Shown here in pieces: positions 23,001 to 33,082 of a stretch of 64,000 nt of DNA; positions within the stretch are counted from its first letter, which is position 1; every line of letters begins with the position of its first letter. The notes under the pieces were generated by a model. It ran no database searches and was not told the DNA's origin. It saw nothing but the letters and a program-made list of their open reading frames with translations. A program made the translations under genes and the position numbers. Source of the DNA: Candidatus Poseidoniaceae archaeon (GTDB lineage Archaea > Thermoplasmatota > Poseidoniia > Poseidoniales > Poseidoniaceae); assembly GCA_943789275.1 (NCBI GenBank), contig CALSTM010000001.1:396902-460901 (forward strand), read 5' to 3'.

Positions 23001-23197
23001 CACGTTCTGTTTCGAACGTCAATTTAGCTCAGCGAGGCATACCTCAGAATACACGCGTCTCTGAACGAAAACAACGGCTCAACTCACCTGTGAAGGACTT
23101 ACGTGTGGGTTCGAAGGCTATCGGTCCAAACGTCCGTCCCGGCCTCAATCCGTCCGTTACCAAGGAGTCTGATGATGATCTCCTCTCGTTTGATTAG
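20027..23197 (+). CDS. large polytopic membrane protein with central TPR-like helical domain and basic Pro/Arg-rich C-terminal tail
   Basis: 1056 aa. About 10 hydrophobic helices in the first 460 aa, a soluble helical repeat region, two further TM helices, then a low-complexity RPGQP.../KR-rich tail. Confidence 0.5.
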   Translation: MLYRKHMRHNRKRLHILIWSALITFIFAQPASAVQIAEASDFQIEYYYPVFIAFAIAVPVWRWFIPTQLANLQVAFEIDDDLYEVHKITGNISEARELLGNVKYGIGLYMMGMTGILILIAELLLQAEVYFKPNLAIAGVLILVPVLISPWETLNTQLRIFKTNAKKAGLVTSLLRRLTTLLILIGVTFATLLYGIQLSSDNTLSPVWLAAGMLTFMSPTIMAYGRIMGASWNMLIINKWRTANGRPNPIDPSKPRFLNRLFSLVLVLFLLTMPVTALNGIVTVFYVLFNDPVNATEVLNYGGIIGHSLYTRIDIISELLFQWQFIKALPQFLSLYLSLNIAIVGLAFIFELTRNLILGGQSFGGLFGVTLDSPREIRTEVKAQNRQLNFAFAGFSGYTVLLLVLVCYKEFGDLMPFTPWLENRGFNEGNRLLTTWMFIGFGQAIFLFTWLLSIIRYSPLLKLRFDLNPDERREGAVKFAGGDWMRELVDEAAIKEDLDSLIQFQRRSIPGDQALVRHEKARAKMWELALRGLWPKAIEEAKKVLAQGGGDDDIARMVIATGHMASRRLDAAREALHGLQQPEGYDEPELLAFVCEWMDPWQGMVTEDDFWDWENNSCIDHLQALMRMMRGWQPSPNDDSIHNDRLTRVAQLSMVSLMRAQRKHDDALALSLKLIREEPTGVRPRIAAALCLIDKGDWHSARSILTELKESDGQDPRVLALSSILGQVVDEEEIEVALAIGKGKKMKKWINSAPVNSVAGLMVKGGMDEAISANIMVVAHEASRRGMPPIYRDSVLSTVFNWLVLLPCWIVLGIFISQEIGQVQGLVTVLTLTMIQFGGRRFSRQQRRVIRHRDQRAMLDYAKRMKRFKVSPERSNIPVGTHLLLSGMLVTVNGVVLDLGLPGWMSERLPKDSEKSVKARLKRQAKSMSKSRPPRLQPLGEGWWLKRPKEDGADVPVLERLIGAVAYRGRQQYIQKKTGRPGQPVSSRPGQPRSVSNVNLAQRGIPQNTRVSERKQRLNSPVKDLRVGSKAIGPNVRPGLNPSVTKESDDDLLSFD

Positions 23198-23247
23198 ACA
23201 TACGGCTCTATCAATGGGTTCAAAGACCGACTTCACAAGCAAACCTC

Positions 23248-24561
23248 ATGCAGCGTGAACGTGGTTCCTGGACTCCCAGCTCCTCTACATTATCGAAAGC
23301 CAATGCAGTGCTCAATGCAACTGCAGCCAGTGGTAATCTCTACCGAAACGGACTTGGGATGATTGCCTCGGAAAACATCGTTTCACCGATGGTTCAGAAG
23401 ATTGTTGCCAGTGACTTGCACGGTCGGTACGCAGAAGGATTACCCGGCAAACGTTACTATCAGGGCTGCAACGATTTTGACACCATCGAAAGTATGGGAA
23501 TTGAATTGGCTCAGTCTGTCTTCAATGCACCGTTCGCAAACATCCAATCCACTTCAGGAACAGTGTCTAACATTGCAGCACTGAAAGCGTTGGCAAAGCC
23601 GGGCGACAAAATTACTGCGGTATCAACTGCAGATGGCGGCCATATATCTCACGCTCGAATGGGTGCAGTCGGCCTTCGAGACCTTGATTTGTCGACCTAC
23701 CCATGGGATGAAGAACGGATGGAACCGGACATTGATGGAGCCTGTGCTCTCATCCGTGAGGTAAAGCCAAAAGTTTCGCTTATTGGACAATCCGTGTTTT
23801 TATTCCCGACTCCACTTCGTGAAATCGCAGATGCTGCTCATGAAGTTGAATCGACGGTTATGTACGATGGTGCTCATGTTTTGGGACTCATTGCAGGTGG
23901 TGTATTCCAAGATCCGTTGAGAGAAGGGGCTGATGTCATGACAGGTTCCTCTCACAAGACGTTCCCTGGGCCCCAGGGTGGTTTCCTTCTTTCATCAAGC
24001 GAAGATTCAAAATTCCAACGTCGGCTCAATACGGCGGTATTCCCTGGTGTTTGTTCTTCTTACCACCTCCACCATGTTGCTGGAAAAGTTGTGGCTTTGG
24101 CTGAATTTGAAGAATACGGCGAGGCATATGCTCATGATATCGTTCGTAATGCACAAGCATTCGCTTCTGCCCTTGCAGCGGAAGGTTTTGATGTTTTGGC
24201 AGAATCTCGCGGTTACACAGCATCACATCAAGTCTTGACCCGGCATGGTTCAACGGATTCTGGTGCAGGTGCCAAGGCTGCCCAATTGTTGGAGGAGGCG
24301 GGAATTATTACCAACATGAACATGCTTCCTGGCGATACAAAGGCGATGACACCATCTGGTTTACGTCTTGGCGTACAAGAACTGACACGTGTCGGTATGG
24401 GTGTTTTGGAAATGCAAGAAGTTGCTCAACTTTATGCTCGTGTTCTTTTGCATTCTGAAGACCCTTCATCCGTCAAGAAAGATGTTTCACATCTCAAATC
24501 AAATTTCCAAACCATTCGGTACTGTTTCAACGAAGAAAAGGTTACAGGATATCCATTTTGA
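23248..24561 (+). CDS. glyA: serine hydroxymethyltransferase
   Basis: SHKTFPGPQGG (PLP-lysine motif), IASENIVSP. Typical length, 437 aa. Confidence 0.9.
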   Translation: MQRERGSWTPSSSTLSKANAVLNATAASGNLYRNGLGMIASENIVSPMVQKIVASDLHGRYAEGLPGKRYYQGCNDFDTIESMGIELAQSVFNAPFANIQSTSGTVSNIAALKALAKPGDKITAVSTADGGHISHARMGAVGLRDLDLSTYPWDEERMEPDIDGACALIREVKPKVSLIGQSVFLFPTPLREIADAAHEVESTVMYDGAHVLGLIAGGVFQDPLREGADVMTGSSHKTFPGPQGGFLLSSSEDSKFQRRLNTAVFPGVCSSYHLHHVAGKVVALAEFEEYGEAYAHDIVRNAQAFASALAAEGFDVLAESRGYTASHQVLTRHGSTDSGAGAKAAQLLEEAGIITNMNMLPGDTKAMTPSGLRLGVQELTRVGMGVLEMQEVAQLYARVLLHSEDPSSVKKDVSHLKSNFQTIRYCFNEEKVTGYPF

Positions 24562-24570
24562 GGCTCTTCC

Positions 24571-25644
24571 ATGTCCCTTTCTGACGGTTCGGGCTCTCCT
24601 GACAGATCTGTTTTGACTGAACTTAACGACAACTTCCATTGTATGGAGAACGGTTCGATTACCGACTCAGATGGGCATGGCTGGATGGTTTGGAACCTTG
24701 TCGATTTCCACCGGTGGTGGCTCGCTTTCGAGACTTTTTCGGGTGTCCCACTTGGCCGGAAATTGCTCAATGCAGCAGCAGACGAAGAGGAATATTGCTT
24801 TTTGGGTAATTCCTTTTTTGAGGTCGGTTGGTTTCGCAAATCAACCCGACAGCGAACGAAACTTTCCCAACGTTGGAAGATGATGGGTTGGGGCTCATAT
24901 GATCTTGTCAACAGTGTAGTCTCTTCGAATCTTATCGGACCATTATGCAGTGGTTTTGCACTTGCAGCAAGCGAAAACATCAACCGTACACGGCTAAAAA
25001 TTCAGTGGAGTCAAACGACGAACAACCAAATCAACCTTGACTTGGAGAACGCTCAGCGAACGTTCACTCCAGCGCCGTCAAGTCCGGTACTTTGTTGGGA
25101 TTCTCATGCCAATCCAGAAACAATATTTACACCTCTCCAGCTCGATTTACAAACGGTTCAGAACGGTTGGACGCATGCTGGCGAACGGTGTTGTCTACTG
25201 CCAAGTGGAGTCTTTTCTCGTTTTTTTGAAACCATGACGGCACAGGGGATTCGACTTCGGCCAAGTTGGCTGGAATGCTGGGAGTTTGGGATTGGCATAA
25301 GTTCACAATCGCAGATCCCGTTGATTTTATCGGCCCTGGCAGTCAATGAGTTGGTATCTCAAAGTGAACAACCGATATACATCCAAGATTTGGAAAGTTG
25401 GAACCAACTTGGTGATGCATACCTCAAACCATTCGGATTCGGGAAACCAGTTCAGCTCCGAAGTCTCGACAGCCAAGGCGGCGTTGAATTTGACATCAAA
25501 CCTTGTTCGCATTTTCCATTCTTGGTTGGTTATTTGTATTCATTCTGGCAACGTGGGCATGGTCGAAAAGCCAAAGTACATCTCCAATTGGAAGGTGATG
25601 TTTGGAGCGTTAAAATCACATCACTTTTGTCCTATGCTGAGTGA
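24571..25644 (+). CDS. hypothetical protein, Trp/Cys-rich, 10 bp downstream of glyA
   Basis: 357-aa intact ORF, same strand as glyA and tightly linked to it. No recognisable motif. Confidence 0.45.
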   Translation: MSLSDGSGSPDRSVLTELNDNFHCMENGSITDSDGHGWMVWNLVDFHRWWLAFETFSGVPLGRKLLNAAADEEEYCFLGNSFFEVGWFRKSTRQRTKLSQRWKMMGWGSYDLVNSVVSSNLIGPLCSGFALAASENINRTRLKIQWSQTTNNQINLDLENAQRTFTPAPSSPVLCWDSHANPETIFTPLQLDLQTVQNGWTHAGERCCLLPSGVFSRFFETMTAQGIRLRPSWLECWEFGIGISSQSQIPLILSALAVNELVSQSEQPIYIQDLESWNQLGDAYLKPFGFGKPVQLRSLDSQGGVEFDIKPCSHFPFLVGYLYSFWQRGHGRKAKVHLQLEGDVWSVKITSLLSYAE

Positions 25645-25740
25645 TTTCTCCAGTCCACTTTCCTTATTCATCATCATCAACGGTAGCACATTGAGAGTTA
25701 AGGTCTATAACCCATACACCAAGTCGGTAAAGTTGCACAG

Positions 25741-28700
25741 ATGTGCGTGGTGTATGAAATGTCTCTTAATCACAACCAAATGGCCTATGCCGCAATCATC
25801 TCAACATTGATTTTCGGCTCACTCTTCGTCGGTTTTTCTGGCTACTTCCAAACCAGTGAAGGGCTTGGAGGTTTCGAGAGTGCTGCTGAAGATGATTTGA
25901 TTGGTTCTGGTACTTCGATTAGTGCCGCCTTGGATACCGATGGCGACGGTCTGTCGGATTTATTGGAATCAACCCAATACGGTACTGATCCACAACTTGC
26001 TGATACAGATTTTGACGGTATGAGCGATGGATGGGAAGTCGCCCATGGCCTCAACCCACTTGACAATGGTGAATCGGAAGATATTGAGCAAGACAGTTCC
26101 AACAACGATAATACCGATGAAGCGAACATCGAAAACGAAACAGATTCATGGCCAGACCCTGAACAAGGTCCAAATGGAGACCCAGACAACGATGGACTCA
26201 CCAACCAGCAAGAACAAGAACTCAAGACCGACCCTCAACGCTCCGACACTGATAACGACGGATTGAACGACTTGTGGGAGTCAAAATACACACAAACCGT
26301 TCAAACTCCAGGTGGAGATGTTTTGTTGTTTAACCCACTCAACGGAAACTGGGATTGTCTCTTGTTAGACCAAGCAATGGAAGAGACACTCTCGACTTTC
26401 TACGATTCATCAGATTCTCTCCCCTCATGGGAGCAACTCGCGAATCCTTCAGGCGCACATTCCTGCGACATGATTCTTGACACCGATGAAGATGGACTTC
26501 CAAACTTCCAAGAAGAAACGTATGGGACCAACCCAACTGCTCGCGACTCCGACATGGATTTACTCGATGATATCGTCGAAATCGGAAACCTCACATCGAC
26601 TCTCTCGACTGGAGTCGGTGAGAACTGTAACATTCCTTTGCTCGACCCAATCACACGCTCCTCTCCCTTTGCTGGAGTCGAGAACTCTTGGTTCCTCATG
26701 GATATGGACGGCGACGGAATGCTCAACGGACCATCGGATTGGGATACTGACGGTGATGGGATGCCTGATGGATTCGAATTCTGTTATTCCGATGTCAATG
26801 ACCAACCACAAAACGACAATTCAAAGACACTCAACCCTGCTAATGCCTCTGATGGGTACGGAGATTGGGACGAAGACGGATTGAACAACTTGGAAGAATA
26901 TGAAGTTGCAAACCTTTTCGGTCCAACGAATTTCACGTCTCCTTGGAGACTCGACACCGATATTGACGGCATGCCAGATGGTTGGGAATCAACAAACGGT
27001 CTCCACCCTCGTGACGGTGCAAACGGTAACCTCGACCCTGACCATGATGGTTGGGACGTTGATGGGGATGGCGGTGTATTCTACAGCACTCTTGATTCGA
27101 CAACCATCGTTGTCGGAATTGATGTCTTGAAGGACCAATGGGTCGAAGCGAACGCGACTGTCGCTCGCGGCCAAATCACTCTCGCAGGTGGTCAAAAGCA
27201 AACCATCGCTATGATTGCCCCAGTCTCCGGTTACGTCTACCAGATCGATGTTTCTATTGGACAAGCTGTCGAATCGCGACTTTTCCAATGGATGGAGATT
27301 GTTGAGCCAGAAGAACAATTTACGAATCTTATGGAATACAACGCCCGTGACCGTAACGGTGATGGCATTATTGATGGTCGTTCGACTGACCCGCTGAATC
27401 CTGACACTGACGGCGATAACCTCCTTGACGGTATTGAAGTCATGGGCTGGGAAATCCTTGTCGTCAACAACGGTGTGGTAAGAACTTGGGTCACTTCGGA
27501 CCCTGGCCTTTTCGATACAGATGCAGACGGATTGTCCGACTACGATGAGTTTGCGAACACATGTGCCGGCGGATCCAATGCATCAAACCCTGATACGGAC
27601 GGCGACGGTGAATCGGACCAGATTGAAGCACTTACTGGATACTCATGGGAAGGCGTTGCATACTTCACGAGCCCATGTATGTTCGATACTGACAACGATG
27701 GTTTGGAAGACGGAGAGGAAGTCATTGCAGGCAAGGATAATTTCCTTACCCACGCAAACAACTCGGATACCGATAACGATAGCCTCGTTGATGGGAATGA
27801 AGTTCTGTTCGTCCCTCGTCCGTTCCAAAACCCTACCAATCCACTGCTCAACGATACCGACGCTGATGGAATGCTTGATGGCTGGGAAATGCAAGTAAAA
27901 TCTGCTGAACAAAATACCAATTCGCACAGTCTTTGGGTTGCCACATCCTCATGGCAGCGTCCAGGATGTGTCCCCTCTCAGAACAACGATTGTTCCATGG
28001 AGGCTGGTGGCTATGTATGGCTCAATAACCTCGGTGGTTTCGTCATTGAAAAGAAGTATGAAGTTTCAGAAATGAACCTCACAGGATTTTCAATGCCGGT
28101 CAATGCCTTGTGTGATTGCAACGGGCGTTGGGCTCTGGACCCTTCGCTTGACTCTCTAAAAGACGACACCTTTGACGTTGACAATGATTCTCTACCGAAC
28201 AGTGCTGAAGCACCAGACAAGTGGAATACAAATCCTGTTGATGATGATACAGATTCGGATAGTTTACCTGACGGCTGGGAAGTGTACTACTCCAGACTTG
28301 CTCTTGAAAGTGGTCTTGTTGACGAAGGAGCTTCTGACGCTTACGGAGCACGTGGCGTAATGGACCCTTCCATGCCTGACAGTGATCTTGATGGCATCAT
28401 GGATGGTGATGAAGATCCAGACAGCGATGGACTGAACCGTTCCGGCCTCATCAAGAAGTATTGTTCCGGGTATAACGACAGCACAAATTCCGATTGTAAT
28501 ATCGACCCCGATACACCCGACGGAAAGCGTTTCTACGACAACCTCGAGAACTATACCAACCTTGAAGAGAAGCAAAACGGTACCAATCCAATTTCCAATG
28601 ACTCCGATGGCGATCAATGGAACGACGGTCCTGAAGTCTACTATCAAGACCACGATGATGACGGAATGGCCACAGGGTGGGAATTCCACTTCCAGTTCGA

Positions 28701-28842
28701 CCCTGATGATCCTGCTGACCGAATGATCGATACCGACGGTGACGGCCACGTGAATTATTGTGAATTCAAGTGGGACACGAATCCTCGTAACCCCACAAGT
28801 TTCCCAGGCCAAGGTGAGTTGTGCGATCCGTTTGCTCAATGA
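25741..28842 (+). CDS. giant secreted calcium-binding repeat protein (thrombospondin type-3-like DxDxDG repeats)
   Basis: N-terminal hydrophobic anchor/signal (AAIISTLIFGSLFVGFSGYF). More than 20 DTDGDG / DSDNDG / DPDHDGWD repeats. Very acidic. Start may be the internal Met at 25759. Confidence 0.6.
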   Translation: MCVVYEMSLNHNQMAYAAIISTLIFGSLFVGFSGYFQTSEGLGGFESAAEDDLIGSGTSISAALDTDGDGLSDLLESTQYGTDPQLADTDFDGMSDGWEVAHGLNPLDNGESEDIEQDSSNNDNTDEANIENETDSWPDPEQGPNGDPDNDGLTNQQEQELKTDPQRSDTDNDGLNDLWESKYTQTVQTPGGDVLLFNPLNGNWDCLLLDQAMEETLSTFYDSSDSLPSWEQLANPSGAHSCDMILDTDEDGLPNFQEETYGTNPTARDSDMDLLDDIVEIGNLTSTLSTGVGENCNIPLLDPITRSSPFAGVENSWFLMDMDGDGMLNGPSDWDTDGDGMPDGFEFCYSDVNDQPQNDNSKTLNPANASDGYGDWDEDGLNNLEEYEVANLFGPTNFTSPWRLDTDIDGMPDGWESTNGLHPRDGANGNLDPDHDGWDVDGDGGVFYSTLDSTTIVVGIDVLKDQWVEANATVARGQITLAGGQKQTIAMIAPVSGYVYQIDVSIGQAVESRLFQWMEIVEPEEQFTNLMEYNARDRNGDGIIDGRSTDPLNPDTDGDNLLDGIEVMGWEILVVNNGVVRTWVTSDPGLFDTDADGLSDYDEFANTCAGGSNASNPDTDGDGESDQIEALTGYSWEGVAYFTSPCMFDTDNDGLEDGEEVIAGKDNFLTHANNSDTDNDSLVDGNEVLFVPRPFQNPTNPLLNDTDADGMLDGWEMQVKSAEQNTNSHSLWVATSSWQRPGCVPSQNNDCSMEAGGYVWLNNLGGFVIEKKYEVSEMNLTGFSMPVNALCDCNGRWALDPSLDSLKDDTFDVDNDSLPNSAEAPDKWNTNPVDDDTDSDSLPDGWEVYYSRLALESGLVDEGASDAYGARGVMDPSMPDSDLDGIMDGDEDPDSDGLNRSGLIKKYCSGYNDSTNSDCNIDPDTPDGKRFYDNLENYTNLEEKQNGTNPISNDSDGDQWNDGPEVYYQDHDDDGMATGWEFHFQFDPDDPADRMIDTDGDGHVNYCEFKWDTNPRNPTSFPGQGELCDPFAQ

Positions 28843-28904
28843 TTCAGCATCTTTACGCACATTCCGGACGAACATTCATGTTTGTCGGTGAAGGGACAGT
28901 CTTC

Positions 28905-30470
28905 ATGCGACCAGTGAAAGCACTCCTTTTCATTGCAGTCGCAGGTCTTTTGACTTCACTTCTGCCGGTCTCAAACGCTTCATTGGGTGACGAAGTTCCT
29001 GAAATTTCAATTCACCAAAGCAACATTGGCCTTGAAGCACAGGATACACTCTACCTCAACGGAAGTTCTACCGTTCCACTCGCAGATGTTGATTGGTTCC
29101 TGTTTGATTTATTCAATTCCCCAAGCGTCTCTCTAGCGAGTGGTAAACTTTCGAACGTGGATGCAGTCAGTAACGGCCATTGGAACTGGAATCTTGAACT
29201 CAATGTCACTTCTTTTGATTGTACATGCCGAATTGTCATCGGAGATGAAATAGACCTCGACCATCATAATTCACGTGTCATCTATCTTGGTTCTTCAAAC
29301 CATGTACCCTTTATCCACCCCATCATCCCTCACCACCAAAATAATGAGCGACAGTATTTCCTACTTTCAAACCAAGATTTAAATCTTGAAATCCCGGTAG
29401 CTTTACCTCCACACAGTTTGAATGAATCGTTTGTTTCGATGAATGTCTGTTCAGCTCCATCTGGAAATTGCCTTGAGGATATGACTCACTTCCGCAACTT
29501 TGCGAGTTCAACAAGTAACGGACAGTTGTTCGTTCTGTTCGAACTTGAATCTTTAGAACTCGAAGATGGGTTTTGGTTGTTTAATATCACCGTTACCGAT
29601 ACTTTGTTGCACACCTCAAACACCGGTCATTTCAGTTTACTCGTAGATCAAACGTTGCCAACTGTACTTCTATCGACAGACGCACAACCTTTGGAACAGT
29701 CAACATCCATTGAACAGGAGGTTTCAGTTCTCCCAGAAATTGAAGAAGATGTAGAGATTTCATTTTCGGCAATTGTTGATGATGGTTACATCGGAGGGGA
29801 AAACCGCCTGACGTGGACACTCGTAGAACCTGATGGCACTCGCCGAGCGGTTGCTGAGGGCGAGTATGTTTCAGATTCAATTATCTCAATACATCCACCT
29901 TTTTCCGGTATTTGGACTGTTGAATTGCTCGTTCGAGATACAGCAGGTTGGCTCACTGTATCGAATTCACAGTTTACGGTCACCAATATTGCACCTGCAG
30001 TTAAAGTTGAAATAGACTCTTTTGTCGTTGCACCAGATTACACGGTCTCGTTAGGACTTGATGAGGAATGGGAACTCAACAGTTCGATGAGTGCTGACAC
30101 TTCCAATGATGTTCAGTCTTTGTCCTATACATGGTATGTAAACGGTAATACCTTCCTCGCAGGTAAGCCTGTTCTTGACTCGTCCATGTTTTCTGACCCG
30201 GGAATATATGATGTTCGTTTAGTTGTTGAGGATGACAATGGTGCTTCGAGCGAGATTCAATTTTCACTCTCCATTGAGGATTCAACTTCCTCAACGCTCA
30301 AGCAACCAAGCATGGCTTTCCTCGCTGCCACCGTCCTCATCTCTGTTGTTTTGGGTGGTTCTCTTGTTTTGGTTTTGACGCGAAAGACGGCATCGGACAC
30401 ATCGGTGCCAAAATGGCAAAAAAAGTCTACTGAATCGGGATTAAACGCTGAGGATTCCGAAGCTTTGTAG
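28905..30470 (+). CDS. type-I membrane protein with PKD-like domains
   Basis: Signal peptide MRPVKALLFIAVAGLLTSLLPVSNA. PKD-like segments (LTWTLVEPDGT...WTVELLVRDTAGW; SYTWYVNGN...YDVRLVVEDDNG). C-terminal TM MAFLAATVLISVVLGGSLVLVL followed by a basic tail. Confidence 0.55.
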   Translation: MRPVKALLFIAVAGLLTSLLPVSNASLGDEVPEISIHQSNIGLEAQDTLYLNGSSTVPLADVDWFLFDLFNSPSVSLASGKLSNVDAVSNGHWNWNLELNVTSFDCTCRIVIGDEIDLDHHNSRVIYLGSSNHVPFIHPIIPHHQNNERQYFLLSNQDLNLEIPVALPPHSLNESFVSMNVCSAPSGNCLEDMTHFRNFASSTSNGQLFVLFELESLELEDGFWLFNITVTDTLLHTSNTGHFSLLVDQTLPTVLLSTDAQPLEQSTSIEQEVSVLPEIEEDVEISFSAIVDDGYIGGENRLTWTLVEPDGTRRAVAEGEYVSDSIISIHPPFSGIWTVELLVRDTAGWLTVSNSQFTVTNIAPAVKVEIDSFVVAPDYTVSLGLDEEWELNSSMSADTSNDVQSLSYTWYVNGNTFLAGKPVLDSSMFSDPGIYDVRLVVEDDNGASSEIQFSLSIEDSTSSTLKQPSMAFLAATVLISVVLGGSLVLVLTRKTASDTSVPKWQKKSTESGLNAEDSEAL

Positions 30471-30516
30471 TTTTCACAATGCAATTATTGAATACTGTCG
30501 AACGACTGGCTACAGC

Positions 30517-31887
30517 ATGAACGAAGCGGCTATGGCCCACATTGGACCAAAACCTACAGTTATTTCCCAAGACGAGTATGTGGCTCGTCAGCATCGCTTA
30601 ACATCACAACTTCGTCCAGATGATTTGGTTATTCTTTGTGCTGCTGAAGAGTCAACACATTCGAACGATGTCCACTACCCGTACAGAACCATGAGCGACA
30701 TGCTCTATTTTGTCGGATGGACTGAGCCTGAAGCTGTTTTCACTCTCCGTTGTGTTGATGGAGAATGGATCTCAACACTGTTTGTCCAACCTAAAGACAC
30801 TCTCAAAGAAATTTGGGAAGGGCGCCGTCCTGGCGTTGAAGGTGCTTTGGCCAATTGGCCTGTCAATGAAGCACATTCGATTGATGTTCTTGATGAATCG
30901 CTTTCAAATTATATTTCAGAATCTCATCGAATTCTTCTACGCACCGGAATCCAATCATCAGTTGATTCTCTGGTTCGTAAGTCGGTTGACCGACGCGACC
31001 GTGCTCGTCAGCACTTTGGCACTGGGCCAGTGTCCATTGAAGACCCAAGTTCTCGCATAGCAGAATTGCGATTGCGAAAGTCAGATGCAGAAATTGAGCA
31101 GATGAGGTTTGCCTCTGATGTTAGCAGTTTTGCGCATGTGGCTGCAATGCGACATTCGAAACCTGGACGTATGGAATACCAATTCCAGTCAACAATTGAA
31201 GGCTTCTTTGTCTATGCTGGAACTTCTGGTTGGGCTTACCCGTCTATTGTTGGATGCGGTGACAATGCCACTGTATTGCACTACAAAGAAAACAGCGATG
31301 TATGTGAAGACGGTGAAGTAATTCTCATCGATGCAGGGGCTGAGTTCCGGGGATATGCTGCGGACATCACTCGTTCTTGGCCAATTAATGGTAAATTTAC
31401 CGAAGCCCAGAAAGAAATCTATCAACTCGTTCTCGACGCTCAATATGCGGCCATTGACAGTTGCCGAGTTGGGCAGCCATACACCGCACCTCATGACGCG
31501 GCTCGACGCGTTCTGGCTGAAGGCATCGTTCGTTTGGGCATCACCGATCAAACCGTTGAAGAGGCCCTCGATATGGAGTCCGGTGATTTACGAAAATGGT
31601 ACATGCACAACACAAGTCATTGGATTGGCCTTGATGTCCATGATGTAGGAATCTACAAGCCAAACGGTGAGCCTCGTTTGTTAGAAGCGGGAATGTGCCT
31701 TACGGTTGAACCTGGTTTGTATTTTGGTGCATGGCGCCCCGATGTGGATTGTCCTGAACGGTACGCCAACATCGGAATTCGCATTGAGGATGATGTACTG
31801 GTCACATCAGGTGAGCCAGATGTACTCACGTCGGCTTGCCCCAAATCGATTGAAGATATTGAAGCCATTACTGGAACTGCATTTTGA
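30517..31887 (+). CDS. pepP: Xaa-Pro aminopeptidase (M24B)
   Basis: Creatinase/prolidase N-domain plus M24 metal ligands (DAGAEFRGYAADITR, HNTSHWIGLDVHD, VEPGLY...E). Confidence 0.8.
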   Translation: MNEAAMAHIGPKPTVISQDEYVARQHRLTSQLRPDDLVILCAAEESTHSNDVHYPYRTMSDMLYFVGWTEPEAVFTLRCVDGEWISTLFVQPKDTLKEIWEGRRPGVEGALANWPVNEAHSIDVLDESLSNYISESHRILLRTGIQSSVDSLVRKSVDRRDRARQHFGTGPVSIEDPSSRIAELRLRKSDAEIEQMRFASDVSSFAHVAAMRHSKPGRMEYQFQSTIEGFFVYAGTSGWAYPSIVGCGDNATVLHYKENSDVCEDGEVILIDAGAEFRGYAADITRSWPINGKFTEAQKEIYQLVLDAQYAAIDSCRVGQPYTAPHDAARRVLAEGIVRLGITDQTVEEALDMESGDLRKWYMHNTSHWIGLDVHDVGIYKPNGEPRLLEAGMCLTVEPGLYFGAWRPDVDCPERYANIGIRIEDDVLVTSGEPDVLTSACPKSIEDIEAITGTAF

Positions 31888-31896
31888 GGTGTTCGC

Positions 31897-33081
31897 ATGG
31901 ATTGGTCATCGATTCTTGAAAGACAGGCCTTGTGGCAACCGGAATATGCTCATGAATATCGTCTATCGGCCGAAGATGCTGTTGAACTGTATCAAAATGC
32001 ACCTCTCCACCAGTTGATGGGTGCCGCATTGCTCCGTAGAAATGCCATGCATGGTGAGAGTAAGGTGTCGTACCTCATTGACCGAAACATCAACTATACC
32101 AACGTGTGTACAATTAACTGCCAGTTTTGTTCTTTTTACAGACCTCCCGGCCATGAAGAAACCTATACGCAAACCATCGATGAGATTTCTAACAGAATTG
32201 AGGAACTCGAAAACATCGAAGGAGTTCGTATTCTCATGCAAGGGGGTGTAAACCCAGACCTTTCCTTTGAATGGTATGAGAACCTTCTCAGTGAGTTGTG
32301 TACTCGTCATCCAACCATCGCAATTGATTGTTTCAGCCCGATCGAAATCGAAGGAATTGCTGAAGTGAGTGATTTATCAACACTTGAAGTATTGACTCGA
32401 CTCAAAGCAGCAGGTATGCATGGACTTCCAGGGGGCGGTGCAGAAATGCTGGTTGATGATGTTCGAAAGGATGTTTCTCCCAAAAAAGGCCTCCCTGCAA
32501 ATTGGTTAAGAGTCATGGAAGAAGCTCAATCCTTAGGTTTGACTACCAGCGCTACAAACGTCATTGGTTTCGGTGAAACATTGGAGCAACGAGTCGAACA
32601 TATGCACCGATTGAGAGAACTTCAAGACCGTTCACTTGTCCAGCACGGCATTGGATTTACATCGTTCATTGCTTGGCCGGTTCAATTGGAAGTGAACAGT
32701 TTTGGTCGCCGAAACCGTGGACAAAACAAGATTCAGCTTGGTGCAGGATCGACAGAGTACCTGCGCCATGTGGCCGTTTCGAGGCTTTTCCTCGACAGTA
32801 TTCCGAACATTCAATCCTCTTGGCCAACTATGGGCATAAAGACCGCTCAAATGGCACTGTTTGGGGGTGCGAATGATGTTGGTTCTACCATGATGGAAGA
32901 GAATGTGGTTTCAGCATCAGGTACTACGAAATTTAACGCCTCTGAAATTGAACTTCAAAACGTGATTCTCCGTGCTGGTTTCTCTCCACAACGTCGAGAC
33001 AGTGATTACGTATTTTTGGAAACCCCAGCATGCGGTACGCATATTGATGATTTACAATCTCCGCCACCATCTCAGTATTGA
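31897..33081 (+). CDS. radical SAM enzyme of the MqnC/MqnE (futalosine menaquinone pathway) / CofH family
   Basis: CTINCQFCSFY CxxxCxxC cluster motif. Length (394 aa) and overall pattern fit MqnC/MqnE. The paralog cannot be resolved by eye. Confidence 0.65.
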   Translation: MDWSSILERQALWQPEYAHEYRLSAEDAVELYQNAPLHQLMGAALLRRNAMHGESKVSYLIDRNINYTNVCTINCQFCSFYRPPGHEETYTQTIDEISNRIEELENIEGVRILMQGGVNPDLSFEWYENLLSELCTRHPTIAIDCFSPIEIEGIAEVSDLSTLEVLTRLKAAGMHGLPGGGAEMLVDDVRKDVSPKKGLPANWLRVMEEAQSLGLTTSATNVIGFGETLEQRVEHMHRLRELQDRSLVQHGIGFTSFIAWPVQLEVNSFGRRNRGQNKIQLGAGSTEYLRHVAVSRLFLDSIPNIQSSWPTMGIKTAQMALFGGANDVGSTMMEENVVSASGTTKFNASEIELQNVILRAGFSPQRRDSDYVFLETPACGTHIDDLQSPPPSQY

Positions 33082-33082
33082 C

